DNA of 64,000 nucleotides from Myxococcota bacterium (GTDB lineage Bacteria > Myxococcota_A > UBA796 > SXON01): contig JAZKFH010000013.1 in assembly GCA_040386535.1 (NCBI GenBank), positions 450,817 to 514,816 of the forward strand, in the 5' to 3' direction. The stretch's first letter is position 1. The number at the start of each line of letters is the position of its first letter. Under the pieces are notes generated by a model, which made no database searches, had not been told where the DNA came from, and saw nothing but the letters and a program-made list of their open reading frames with translations. The position numbers and the translations under genes are program-made. Positions 32,001-39,966 of the stretch are shown here, piece after piece.

Positions 32001-32245
32001 AGGATCCGTCGGCCGAGAAGGGCAGGTACTGGTGGTGGGCCCGCACCTGGTACGAGCACGAGAACCTGCGCGACGAGCGGGTCGAGGCGTTCGCGTCCCT
32101 CCTCTACGACGGCGTGCACACCTACACCTACGTGGCGCGCGCCACGACGCCGGGCGACTTTGTCGTGCCGCCGACGAAGGCCGAGGAGATGTACAGCCCC
32201 GAGACCTTCGGGCGGGGCAGCGGGGACCGCGTGATCGTGCGGTAG
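26099..32245 (+). CDS. Alpha-2-macroglobulin family lipoprotein with N-terminal Ig-like domains
   Basis: LVVAC lipobox, LYKPGE, EFRTPEF, VDEAVL, PDSLT, PRFL..GD, thioester YPYDCNEQ, DPLPAGLE, EEMY.PE. Confidence 0.92.
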   Translation: MRRWTRWIVGIGLVVACKKPPVEATMEAAAAPDTEAKVEFQKDPEAPGLGLRLYEARPTDGGGDAVPLAASIPLDPAAITALLARLPALDTDPRDAVDFALRDGPQPPPRAGTTVDVPFPSGSNEPAPVVESGPLTVLRRAPEGDVPMAPHLSVTFSRPMVAVTSQAEASKVVPVKLTPEPKGQWRWLGTKTVVFEPDPRFPMATAYTAEIPAGTKGTDGEPLAAPITWTFSTPPLSLQAHVPGDAGRRRGLEGNPQPLDPVLFLGFDQAVDPAALVEKLALRGGKDAVALRIATAEEIARSKEVEAAVGQAEPGRFLAVTPTVPLVRATSYEVVVPAGSPSAEGPRLTTVDQSFSFRTYGAMHATAPTCWNEKPCPPSAPWSIAFTNPIDLDRFDPAAITVTPAVPGLQINADGNTVSIFGMFAGRTTYTVKLAAGIPDVFGQTLAEARTYTVDVGPAEQSLTGPGDSFVTLDPAGPPTLAFFTTNHKALKVSVHRVDAGDWAKWTDWLQKYRWEDNRKGVLPGKQVFAGTVPVASAPDRQVETAFDMAPYLVGKTGQFIVQVEPTVQPKERWQRQEWLAWVQVTKLGLTVFQDGNTLTAWATDLADGKPRADVTVEPMGVASGPLTGRTGPDGLTELEIVEEVTGLVARTADDTVILPANPNGYGGGWYPVERLDQLQWFVFDDKNLYKPGETVHVRGWLRVRKPGVDGALTRSKTTTVRWTATSSQGNPLGEGTVKVSGLGGFTFDLPIPKTPNLGTAQIVLNAEDGESEYSATSLSFEIQEFRTPEFEVTTTGGDGVYALGEDAIVDVSAAYYAGGGLPSAPVSWEVTSAPATFVPPGRSEWSFGPWSPWWRHRGGEDVPYVEPELLAGLTDATGEHHLGIHFESLRPVRPMTVTAQATVMDVNRQAWTAAKSFLVHPASVYIGLKTAKSYVEAKKPIDVDAILVDREGRAVAATGKGDAGIALTLQRLVWKRTGKGWEEVREQAGTATIAGAGKATFEPQLGGSYAIVATVQDSHGRTNETELRVWVSGDQVVPDRGVAQEQVTLVPEKQSYTIGETATVLVQAPFWPAEGVLTVRAGGILETRVFAMDGASTTLSIPVTERHVPDFTVAVDLVGARARVDDDGKPRADLPKRVAFAAGTLTFEVPPLSRTLTVAVTPVVARLEPGGKTAVDLRVTDAAGKPVANAELAVVAVDEAVLALTNYDLPDPLAAFYAARGDGVGSYHLRQWVRLVDPTALVPGTPTMPSGSIGLGGLGTVGRGSGGGGMGYGARGGVMAEEKSELQAVARAAPPMEPMMKQGSVMADAVGQAPANAPAIQVRSDFSAVALWSPSVVTDRSGVARVTLQVPDSLTRYRVMVVAVAGDTQFGSGEADVTARLPLMIRPSAPRFLNFGDRVELPVVIQNQTDTALTVDLAVRTANLSLLSALTDPLPTGTAVRSGTAGRRVTVPANDRVEVRFPAAAARAGTARIQLAAVAGAYADAANVELPVWTPATTEAFATYGTFDAVGAERLAVSAPPDVWPQFGGLEVTVSSTQLQALTDAFVYLVKYPYDCNEQIASRLLGVAALRDVLGAFESAELPPADELRATVAADIERLARRQNPDGGWAFWRRGDDGWPYLGVHVTHALVRAKAKNYVVEPQSYERALGYTRNIERHLPGWYSKEAKWAIRAYALNVLSLAAEPNVAKARALVAEAGVDKLGAQSLGWLLPTLVDGKATKEVAAIRGWLQNHVTETAAGAHFVTSYSDGAQVLLHSDRVADGVLLESLLRTEPKSELVPKLVNGLLAHRKAGRWSNTTENAHILLALDRYFHVYEGVTPAFLARVWLGTGVAGERRFDGRSTERAQIDVPMAWLQDTKGTQDLVVGKEGAGRLYYRVGMRYAPLDLDAEAADYGFAVERVYEPIDDPADVTRAADGTWTVRAGARVRVRLTMATPMRRYHVALVDPLPAGLEVLNPDLAVTGALPQDPSAEKGRYWWWARTWYEHENLRDERVEAFASLLYDGVHTYTYVARATTPGDFVVPPTKAEEMYSPETFGRGSGDRVIVR

Positions 32246-32316
32246 CGCGGGAAGGGGCCGAGGTGTGGAGGAGCAACCCGACACGCGACCGTGCGACTGG
32301 ATACGATGCGCCGGCG

Positions 32317-32904
32317 ATGCTCCCCCACGACCTCCCCGACTCCGATCTGGTGCTCCGCGTCCGTCAGGGCGACGGCAGCGCCTACCGTCCGCTCGTCGAG
32401 CGCTACCAGTCCCGCATCCACGCGATGGTCTACGGGATGGTCCGGGACGGCGAAGAGGCGCGCGACATCACCCAGAACGCGTTCATCAAGGCGTACCAGA
32501 GCCTCGCGTCGTTCCGCATCGAGTCGAGCTTCTACACCTGGCTCTACCGGATCGCGATGAACCTCGCGATCGACCACTGCCGGAAGAACCGCCGTCGTAA
32601 GACCACGGCGTTCGACGAAGCGGTGGCGAACCGGGACGAGGACGGCACGATCCTCGATCTCCACCAGAGCGAGTCCCCGCAGAAGGCGCTCCAGCGCAAG
32701 GAATTGCACGAGCGGATCTTCGCCGCGCTCGACGAGCTCTCCGAGGACCAGCGCGAGGTCATCCTCCTGCGCGAAGTCGAGGGGATGTCCTACAAGGAGA
32801 TCGCCGAGGCCATGGGGATCCCCGAGGGCACCGTCATGAGCCGGCTATTCTACGCCCGCAAGCGGCTCCAGGGGCTGCTCCAACATTCGCCGGGCGAGAT
32901 GTAG
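32317..32904 (+). CDS. ECF RNA polymerase sigma factor (RpoE-like)
   Basis: DITQNAFIKAY, FYTWLYRIAMN, LREVEGMSYKEIAE, GTVMSRL. Confidence 0.92.
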   Translation: MLPHDLPDSDLVLRVRQGDGSAYRPLVERYQSRIHAMVYGMVRDGEEARDITQNAFIKAYQSLASFRIESSFYTWLYRIAMNLAIDHCRKNRRRKTTAFDEAVANRDEDGTILDLHQSESPQKALQRKELHERIFAALDELSEDQREVILLREVEGMSYKEIAEAMGIPEGTVMSRLFYARKRLQGLLQHSPGEM

Positions 32905-32927
32905 ATGCCCGTGAATGGACCCATCGG

Positions 32928-34076
32928 ATGGACGTTCCAACGGTGATGGACCCTCGCACACCAGACCGTCTCGAGGCGCTCCTCACGCGGGCCTTCGATG
33001 GCGAAGCCACCGACGAAGAGCGTGACGAGCTCGCCTCTCTCGCGGCCGAGCCGCGCCTGCGCGCCCTGGCCGAGCTGCGTGACGCCGTGCGCGCCGCGCT
33101 CGTGGTGCCCGGCCCGGTCGACCTCGCGGAGAGCGTGATGAGCGCCCTCGACGCGGACGCCGCCTGGGGCCCCTTCGGCGCCGACCTGGCCGACGCCGTG
33201 CGCGCCGCCGAGTCCGGCGCCCCCGCGATCGACCTGGTGGACAGCGTGATGGCCGCCGTCGAGGCGGACGCGGCCTGGGCCTCCGTCGGCGCCTCCCTCA
33301 CGGAGGCCCTCCGCGCCCCCGCGATCGACATCGCGGACCTCGTGATGGCCGGCATCGACCAGGACGCCGCGTGGGCGCCCCTCGGTGCCTCCGTCCGCGA
33401 GGCGGTCGCCGCGCCCCCCATCGACATCGCCGACCTCGTGATGGGCGCCGTGGGGCCCGACGCCGAGCTCTCCGCCTACTTCGACGGCGAGCTCGCCTCG
33501 GACCGCACCTCGGCCGTCGCCGCCCGGCTCCTGCGGGACGCCGGCGCACGGGACCAGCTCGCCACCTTCGCCCGCCTGGGCGAGGGTCTGCGCAGCGCCA
33601 CCCACCGCGGCTCGGATGTGTGGGCCGGCGTGGCGGACGCGATTGGCGTCGAGCGCGACGTGGTCCATGGCTGGGACCGCATCGCGGCGCCCCTCCGGGA
33701 GGCGTTCGCGGCCATCCCCCCGATCGACGTGGCGGGCGCCGTGATGGCGGCGGTCGAGCCCGCGGTAGTGCGCATGCCCCGGTGGGCCTCGCTCGGCGGC
33801 CCGCTCCTCGGCTTCGCGATCGCGGCGGCGCTGCTCTTCGCCGTCCTGCCGGAGTCGCCCCCGGTCATGCCCGACGCGGAGGGCCAGCTGGCCGAGGTCG
33901 TCCGCGCCGCGCCCGATCTGCGGCTCGCCACGATCAACGACGCTCAGGTTGAAGAGCTCACCGCCGCGCGTGACGTGGTGGTACAGGTCATGCAGTTCGA
34001 GGAGGGGGGGCCCACCTTCATCCTCGTCGACGACCCGCCCTCGCTCACGGGCAAGGGCTCCGGAGTACCTCTCTGA
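32928..34076 (+). CDS. Membrane-anchored anti-sigma factor with internal repeats
   Basis: Follows the ECF sigma; two RseA_N-like motifs (AFDGE; LSAYFDGEL); repeated D(L/I)AxxVM units; single TM. Confidence 0.75.
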   Translation: MDVPTVMDPRTPDRLEALLTRAFDGEATDEERDELASLAAEPRLRALAELRDAVRAALVVPGPVDLAESVMSALDADAAWGPFGADLADAVRAAESGAPAIDLVDSVMAAVEADAAWASVGASLTEALRAPAIDIADLVMAGIDQDAAWAPLGASVREAVAAPPIDIADLVMGAVGPDAELSAYFDGELASDRTSAVAARLLRDAGARDQLATFARLGEGLRSATHRGSDVWAGVADAIGVERDVVHGWDRIAAPLREAFAAIPPIDVAGAVMAAVEPAVVRMPRWASLGGPLLGFAIAAALLFAVLPESPPVMPDAEGQLAEVVRAAPDLRLATINDAQVEELTAARDVVVQVMQFEEGGPTFILVDDPPSLTGKGSGVPL

Positions 34077-34585
34077 TGCTGCGCGTGCTGCTCCCGGCGA
34101 TGTTGTGTCTGGTCCTGGCCTACGCCTCCGGCACGGCCGTGGCCCAGAACCGGCCCGCGCCCGCCTCCGGTAGCCCCGCCCCCGCCCCCACGGGCCCGGG
34201 CGCCAAGCCGGTCGCCAGCCGTGTCGACGTGCAGATCTCCGTGGTGCACGCCACCGACTCCGAGAGCGGCATCGATCCGCGCCTCTCCGCGCTCGCATCC
34301 TCCTTTCGCTACTTCAAGTACAAGGGGTACCGCCTGCTCTCCACCCAGGACGCCGACGTGTCCGTGGGCGAGGACCACAGCTTCCCGATCGAGGGGAACC
34401 GCCGCCTCAAGGTCACGCTGATCTCGCGGGACGACGCGCGGGCGCGCGTGCGTGTCGAGATGACGAGCGACGACGGCAAGCTGCTCGACACGACCGTGAG
34501 CATCAATCGCGGCGGCACCTTCATCGTGGCCGGCCCCCGCTTCAAGGACGGCATCCTGATGCTCCCGGTGCGGGCCGATTATTAG
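34076..34585 (+). CDS. Secreted hypothetical protein in the ECF operon
   Basis: Signal peptide (..AVAQ), beta-rich domain, translational coupling with the anti-sigma. Confidence 0.7.
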   Translation: MLRVLLPAMLCLVLAYASGTAVAQNRPAPASGSPAPAPTGPGAKPVASRVDVQISVVHATDSESGIDPRLSALASSFRYFKYKGYRLLSTQDADVSVGEDHSFPIEGNRRLKVTLISRDDARARVRVEMTSDDGKLLDTTVSINRGGTFIVAGPRFKDGILMLPVRADY

Positions 34586-34604
34586 CGCGTCCGGAGTCGT
34601 CGGC

Positions 34605-35789
34605 ATGACCGTTCGGGATGATCTCGTCCTCGTGGGGTGGCTGGCCGCGCTCGCGCCCGGCGCCGCCGCCGCGCCGGGGGGAGGCGCCCGCGCCACCGCG
34701 GTCTTGCGCGGGGTCTTCCGGGAGGCCGCCCAGCTCGACGTGGCGCTCGCCAACGGGCTCCGCCGCGCGGCCGCCACCGCGGTGCTCCAGATGCCCGAGC
34801 GGGTCGATCCCATCGACGCCCAGCGGGCCGTGCTCGCCGACCGCGCGGGCTTCGCTGCCCTGCTCGACCGCGAGGAGCCCGCGATCGTCGCGGTAGCGGC
34901 GCGGCTCGACACGCTCGCGCCCACGCGGGGCTCCGGCGCCCGCCTCGCGCCCCTCGTGCTCGACGCATTCCGGGTGCAGTCGCGCGACCTGTTCCCGCGC
35001 GAGGACATGGGCGGGATCGGGCTCGCGGTGCAGGTGCTCGAAGCGCTGGTGGGCGAGGCCGACCCCCACCGCCGTCTCGCGCTCGAACGCGAGCTGGCCG
35101 GGCTCCACACCCGGCGCGGGGCGCCCGACGCCGCCGCCGCGCTCACGGGCCCCGGGGAGGGCGCGACCGCCCTCGTCGAAGCGGACACGCTCGCGGGGCG
35201 CGGGGAGGTCGAGGCGGCGCGCGTGCGCCTCCTGGAGGCGCGGAGGCGGTTCGAGGCGGCGGGCGACCTCGGCGGGGTCGGCGCGGTGTTACGCCGCGAG
35301 GCCGCGCTGGTGGCCCCGGCGGAGCGGCCCGAGACCTTGCGGCACGCCATCGTGCTCGCCCGGCGCGCCGCGGACGCCTCCGGGGAGATCGAAGGCCTCG
35401 AGGATCTTTCGCGCGCCTTCGCGGAGACCGGGCGGATGGGGCCCGCGGTCGCGGCGCTCGGCGAGGTGGCCCGCCTCGCGCGCCTCGCGGTCGACGCCGC
35501 GGGGGAGGCGCGCGCGCTTCAGCTCGCCGGGCGCCTGCTTTGCGAGGCCCCCGCCGGCGCCGACGAGCCCGGCCCCGGGCTCGTGTTGCTGCTCCACGCG
35601 GGCGACATCGCGGCCAGCGTCGATCCCGTCGTGGCCGATCTCGTGCGCCGCTACGTCACCGGCTTCCAGTACACGTTGGACGATCGACAGTTCGCGGTAA
35701 TCGAGCCGTTGCTCGAACAGGATCGGGAGGAGGTGGTACGAATGACCTTCGCCCGCTACCGGGAGGCGCACCCGGAGGCGTTACCCTGA
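34605..35789 (+). CDS. Hypothetical helical/TPR-like protein
   Basis: Ala-rich helical repeats (GD..G/EA..L patterns); GGAG RBS. Confidence 0.55.
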   Translation: MTVRDDLVLVGWLAALAPGAAAAPGGGARATAVLRGVFREAAQLDVALANGLRRAAATAVLQMPERVDPIDAQRAVLADRAGFAALLDREEPAIVAVAARLDTLAPTRGSGARLAPLVLDAFRVQSRDLFPREDMGGIGLAVQVLEALVGEADPHRRLALERELAGLHTRRGAPDAAAALTGPGEGATALVEADTLAGRGEVEAARVRLLEARRRFEAAGDLGGVGAVLRREAALVAPAERPETLRHAIVLARRAADASGEIEGLEDLSRAFAETGRMGPAVAALGEVARLARLAVDAAGEARALQLAGRLLCEAPAGADEPGPGLVLLLHAGDIAASVDPVVADLVRRYVTGFQYTLDDRQFAVIEPLLEQDREEVVRMTFARYREAHPEALP

Positions 35790-35829
35790 CGCTGCACGGC
35801 TCGCTCGTCCCGTGTCCTGGAGGTTGTGG

Positions 35830-36786
35830 TTGGTCGAACTCTTGCTGCTTCGTGCTGGTGAAACCGTCCACGCCGTCAACGTGGGCGAGGTCGCCATCCA
35901 TGTCGGTCGCGCGCCGGGTAACGAGCTGGTGGTCTCGGACACGACCGTGTCCGGCCACCACCTCATGGTGTGGAAGGAAGGATCGTCGGTCTGGATCAAG
36001 GATCTGGCGTCGACGAACGGGACGTTCCTCAACGAGAAGCGAATCCGCAGCGTCTCCGTCGTCCAGAACGGGGACCGCATCCGCCTCGGCACCACGTGCG
36101 TGCTCCAGGTGCAGGCCGACGGGGACGAGATGCCCGCGCGCCTCCGCGGGCGCGTGCTCGAGGATCTACGTGCCGGCACGCGGTTTCCGCTCTCGCACGA
36201 TCGGTTCTCGATCGGCGCGGGTGTGGACGCCGATCTCCGCCTGCCTGACGGCCCGGATCGCGCCGCGACCCTGATCATCCACTCGAACGGCGAGGTTCGC
36301 CTCGGCACCGACGACGACGAGGGGCCGCTCGCGCTCGGCGTGGAGTTCCTTGTCGGCGAACGCGCCTTCCGCGTCTCCGAGGCGGACGACGCCCAGAGCG
36401 TCACCGAGGTCCCCGCCGGGGAGCGGTACCCGTACCGCATGACCGCCACGCTCGAGGGCCAGTTCGGGGCCGAGGCCACCCTCGAGGACATGCCCTCGCG
36501 TCGCATGCACAAGATCGACAGCGGCAACCGCGCGGTGCTGCTGTTCCTGCTCGGGCGCCGCTTCGAGGAGGACCGCCTGCGGGGTGTCCCGTCCGAGGAG
36601 CGGGGATGGTGCCCGGACGACGAGGTCATGACCGGCGTGTGGGGCCGCCATGGGGACGAGAACAAGCTCAACGTGCTGCTGCACCGCCTCCGGGCCGAGC
36701 TGCGCGTCGCGGGCTTCGACCCCTGGTTCATCGAGAAGAAGCAGCGCTTCGTCCGCATCCGGGTCACCGAGGTGGCGATCAAGTGA
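35830..36786 (+). CDS. FHA-domain protein with probable C-terminal winged-helix domain
   Basis: VGR...N....SD.TVSGHH, DLASTNGTFLN; second FHA-like segment; C-terminal LNVLLHRLR..L; GGAGG before TTG. Confidence 0.8.
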   Translation: MVELLLLRAGETVHAVNVGEVAIHVGRAPGNELVVSDTTVSGHHLMVWKEGSSVWIKDLASTNGTFLNEKRIRSVSVVQNGDRIRLGTTCVLQVQADGDEMPARLRGRVLEDLRAGTRFPLSHDRFSIGAGVDADLRLPDGPDRAATLIIHSNGEVRLGTDDDEGPLALGVEFLVGERAFRVSEADDAQSVTEVPAGERYPYRMTATLEGQFGAEATLEDMPSRRMHKIDSGNRAVLLFLLGRRFEEDRLRGVPSEERGWCPDDEVMTGVWGRHGDENKLNVLLHRLRAELRVAGFDPWFIEKKQRFVRIRVTEVAIK

Positions 36787-36873
36787 GGCCCGCGCCTCCG
36801 CGCGGCGGGTGACCACCGCGCGGGGGGCTGCTACGGCGGCCGTCGCGGTGGTACAACAGCGGAGAGGCGCCGG

Positions 36874-38520
36874 GTGACTGAGCTCGCGGGTCGATATCGG
36901 CTGGGCGACGTGCTCGGCACCGGCGGGACCTCGACGGTTTACCGCGCGACCGACACCACGCTCGGCGTGGAGCGTGCTGTCAAGGTGCTCCGCGGCGAGG
37001 GCGAGGGTGTCGACGCCCAGCGCGCGCGCCTCCGCGCCGAGGCCCGCGCGATGGCGCGCGTCACCCACCCGAACATCCTCCGCGTCTACGACGTCGGCAC
37101 CGACGAGGGCCAGGACTTCTTCGTCATGGAGCTGGCGGACGGCGGCACCCTCCAGGACCGCGTCGACGCGGAGGGGCCGCTCTCGCCGCTCGTCGTGTGT
37201 CGCTACGCGCTCCAGGTGCTCGGCGCGCTCGCGGCGGCGCACGATGCGGGGGTCATCCACCGCGACGTGAAGCCGCAGAACGTGCTGCTCGATCGGGACG
37301 GGGTCGCGCTGCTCGCGGACTTCGGCATCGCGCTGCTGGCCGACGGGCGGGAGTCCCGCCATACGCGCGTGGGCGTCGCGATGGGCTCGATGACGTACAT
37401 GCCCCCGGAGCAGCGCATCGACGCGCGCGGTGTGGGCGTGGGCGCGGACGTGTACGCCACCGGCGCGACCCTCTACGCGGTGCTGACGGGCGCCACCCCG
37501 GTCGACCTGTTCCTCGCGCCGGCCGCCTCGGCGCGTTGGGACGACATCCCGGCGGTGCTCCGCCCGGTGCTCCAGCGCGCCACGCGCCTCGCCCCCGCCG
37601 GGCGCTACCCCAGCGCGCGGGACATGGCGGCCGCGGTCGTCGCCGCGATGGCGAAGCTGCCGCCGGGCGGGCCCGCGCCGAGCGTCAAGGACGAGGCGGC
37701 GTGGGCCGGCGTCCGCGACCGCGTCCTCGCCTCACTCGCGGGGCCGGTCTCCCCGCCCGAGCCCTTCGACGAGACCACGAGCCCCCCCTCCGCGCGCGCC
37801 GGCGCCCGGCGCACCTCGAGCGCGAAGATCGCCCCCACCATGGAGGCCGACTCCCTGGACTTCGCGAAGGCGCCGCCGCGCCGCAGGATCTGGCCCGCGC
37901 TCCTCGCCCTTTCCCTCCTGTTCGTCGGCATCGCGGGCGCGGGCGCCGGATCGGTCTGGTACGTCCTGCGCGGGCCCGACGCCCCCACGGCCGGGGCCCT
38001 CGCCGCGGGCACCGCGGGCGCGGCGGGCGAAGGGTCGGTGGAGGCGGAGACCGCCCGCGCGGAGACCGTCCTGGCAGAGGACGGCGAGAGCCCGGTCGAT
38101 CCCGACGCCACCTCCGTCGTCACCGCCCCTGTGCCGGCCACGAGCGCCCCTCCGTCCGACCGGACGAAGCGGCGCGTGGCAGCCACCGAGGTCGTGCGCC
38201 AACCCGGCGACACCGTCGTGAGCCCCATCGGCGCATGGCGCGGCTCGTGGAACGGTCGGGACCTACGCTTCGAGCTTTCGGGCACGGACGACGCGCTCCG
38301 CGGCACGGTCGTCGTGACCTACAAGGGAAACGCCATCTCCAGCGAAGTGCAGGGCAGCTACGCCTCCGCCTCGCGGATGTTGGAGCTCGCTGACGTCGTG
38401 GAGCGCGCCGACAGCGGCCGATACTCCGCGCGCCTGACCGAGGAGCCGGCGTTGGAGGGGCGCTTCGAAGGCGCCACGAACGGGCGAGTGGTCCCGTTCC
38501 GCGTCGTGCCGGTGGAGTGA
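36874..38520 (+). CDS. Membrane-anchored Ser/Thr protein kinase
   Basis: LGTGGTSTVY, AVK, HRDVKPQN, DFG, YMPPE, single TM and extracytoplasmic beta domain. Confidence 0.92.
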   Translation: MTELAGRYRLGDVLGTGGTSTVYRATDTTLGVERAVKVLRGEGEGVDAQRARLRAEARAMARVTHPNILRVYDVGTDEGQDFFVMELADGGTLQDRVDAEGPLSPLVVCRYALQVLGALAAAHDAGVIHRDVKPQNVLLDRDGVALLADFGIALLADGRESRHTRVGVAMGSMTYMPPEQRIDARGVGVGADVYATGATLYAVLTGATPVDLFLAPAASARWDDIPAVLRPVLQRATRLAPAGRYPSARDMAAAVVAAMAKLPPGGPAPSVKDEAAWAGVRDRVLASLAGPVSPPEPFDETTSPPSARAGARRTSSAKIAPTMEADSLDFAKAPPRRRIWPALLALSLLFVGIAGAGAGSVWYVLRGPDAPTAGALAAGTAGAAGEGSVEAETARAETVLAEDGESPVDPDATSVVTAPVPATSAPPSDRTKRRVAATEVVRQPGDTVVSPIGAWRGSWNGRDLRFELSGTDDALRGTVVVTYKGNAISSEVQGSYASASRMLELADVVERADSGRYSARLTEEPALEGRFEGATNGRVVPFRVVPVE

Positions 38521-38700
38521 ACGCGCGGGGCCCACCCGGACGAGCTTTTTGCATTCTCGTGCGGGGCACGCGCTTCGAGGGGCGGACACGCGGAACGCTC
38601 CTAGATCGAAGGTCAGGGCAGCCGGACCGCGGCGACCGCGGCCGCTGCGGCGGCGTCGGCGGCGATGCGGCGGGCTATTAGGTACGCGGTGACGTCCCCC

Positions 38701-39966
38701 GTGACACCTTCCCTCCTGCTCCTCTTCGCGACGGCGTTCGCTCCTGCACGGGCGGAAGAGCCCGCGCGTGAGCGGAACTCCGTTGCGGCGCGGGTCGAAG
38801 GGAGCGTCGGGATCGGCCCCGCGTCGGGCGTCCCGGCGGCGGGGCTCGGCCTCGTGGCGGGAGTCCCCGCGGGCCGGACGGTGATCGAGGCCGACCTGGG
38901 GCTCGGGGCGGATGCACTGTTGAGCCCCATCGTGACCGGTTTCCTGGGCGCGCGTGTGCGCCTCGGCCCCGACGCCCGCCGGCAGGGCCTCGCGCTCACC
39001 GGGGCCGTCGGCGGCGGATGGTGGCGCGCCGAGCCGCACCCCCTCGCGCGTGTAGGTGTGGCCTACGACCTGCCCATGCGCGACACGAGCGCGCTACGGC
39101 TCGCGCTCGCGTGGCAGGGTGGCGGGGGCGGAGCGGGCGCGGTGGTGGCGGGCATCGGCGTCGTGTGGCGCGGCGCCGACGAGGTGGCGAGTATTGCCGC
39201 GGTGCCGACGATTGTGCCCGCTGTCCCGACCGCCCCGCTCCTGCTCACCGTCGATCCGCCGGAGGCCCTCATCTGGGTGCCCCACCCGGTGTGCGACTGG
39301 ATCCCCGCCAGCCAGCTCGCCGAGGTGCTCCCCGCAGGCGGGGCGGATGTCGTGTTGCAGGTCCGCGCGACAGGGTTCCTGCCCACGGAGATCCTGTACA
39401 CGCCGGGGGGTGAGGCGCAGACCATCTCGTTGCGTCCGGCGCCCGTCTCGGGGGCCGTCGTGGTGGTCGCGTACCCCGGCGATCGCTTGTTCATCGAGAA
39501 GAAGGCGTTTCCCATCGCTCCCGACGGCACGGCCGTGTTCGGCGCCGCGGAGGGCCCCGTACAGGTCGAGGTGGTCGGAGGCGGGCGCCGCGTCGTGCTC
39601 GACGGTGTCGTGGCCGGCGGGTACGCACTGTGGCTCCGTGCGCCCGATCCGCTGCCGCTCGTGGTCTCCTTTCCGCCCGGCTCCAGCGTCATCCCGGCGG
39701 AGGCGCTGCCCCTCGTCCAGGCCTTCGCGGCGGCGGTGGGGGAGCACGAGCTGCGCGTCGTCGGCTACTACGGGACCGAGGAGGGCCAGGAGAGCCGCCG
39801 CCTCGGCAGCACGCGCGCGGAGTCGCTCGCGGCGGCGCTGCTCGCGGCGGGCGTGTCGATCGAGAACGTGAAGGTGTTGTCGTCGTCGCGGCCGCCGGAG
39901 AACCTCTCCCCCGAGGAGCAACGCTCCGCGCGGATCGAGATCCTCCCGCCGGACCGCCGGCGATGA
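38701..39966 (+). CDS. Secreted protein with beta-barrel-like N-terminus and degenerate OmpA-like C-terminal domain
   Basis: Signal peptide ..PARA; alternating beta strands; F..GSS.I...LG..RA...L...GV OmpA-like pattern. Confidence 0.6.
   Translation: MTPSLLLLFATAFAPARAEEPARERNSVAARVEGSVGIGPASGVPAAGLGLVAGVPAGRTVIEADLGLGADALLSPIVTGFLGARVRLGPDARRQGLALTGAVGGGWWRAEPHPLARVGVAYDLPMRDTSALRLALAWQGGGGGAGAVVAGIGVVWRGADEVASIAAVPTIVPAVPTAPLLLTVDPPEALIWVPHPVCDWIPASQLAEVLPAGGADVVLQVRATGFLPTEILYTPGGEAQTISLRPAPVSGAVVVVAYPGDRLFIEKKAFPIAPDGTAVFGAAEGPVQVEVVGGGRRVVLDGVVAGGYALWLRAPDPLPLVVSFPPGSSVIPAEALPLVQAFAAAVGEHELRVVGYYGTEEGQESRRLGSTRAESLAAALLAAGVSIENVKVLSSSRPPENLSPEEQRSARIEILPPDRRR

Noticed and set aside
25049..32284. 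2411-aa minus-strand ORF and similar long antisense ORFs (e.g. 21313-23907, 57586-60063)
   Set aside because: Antisense shadows of GC-rich genes with no recognisable motifs
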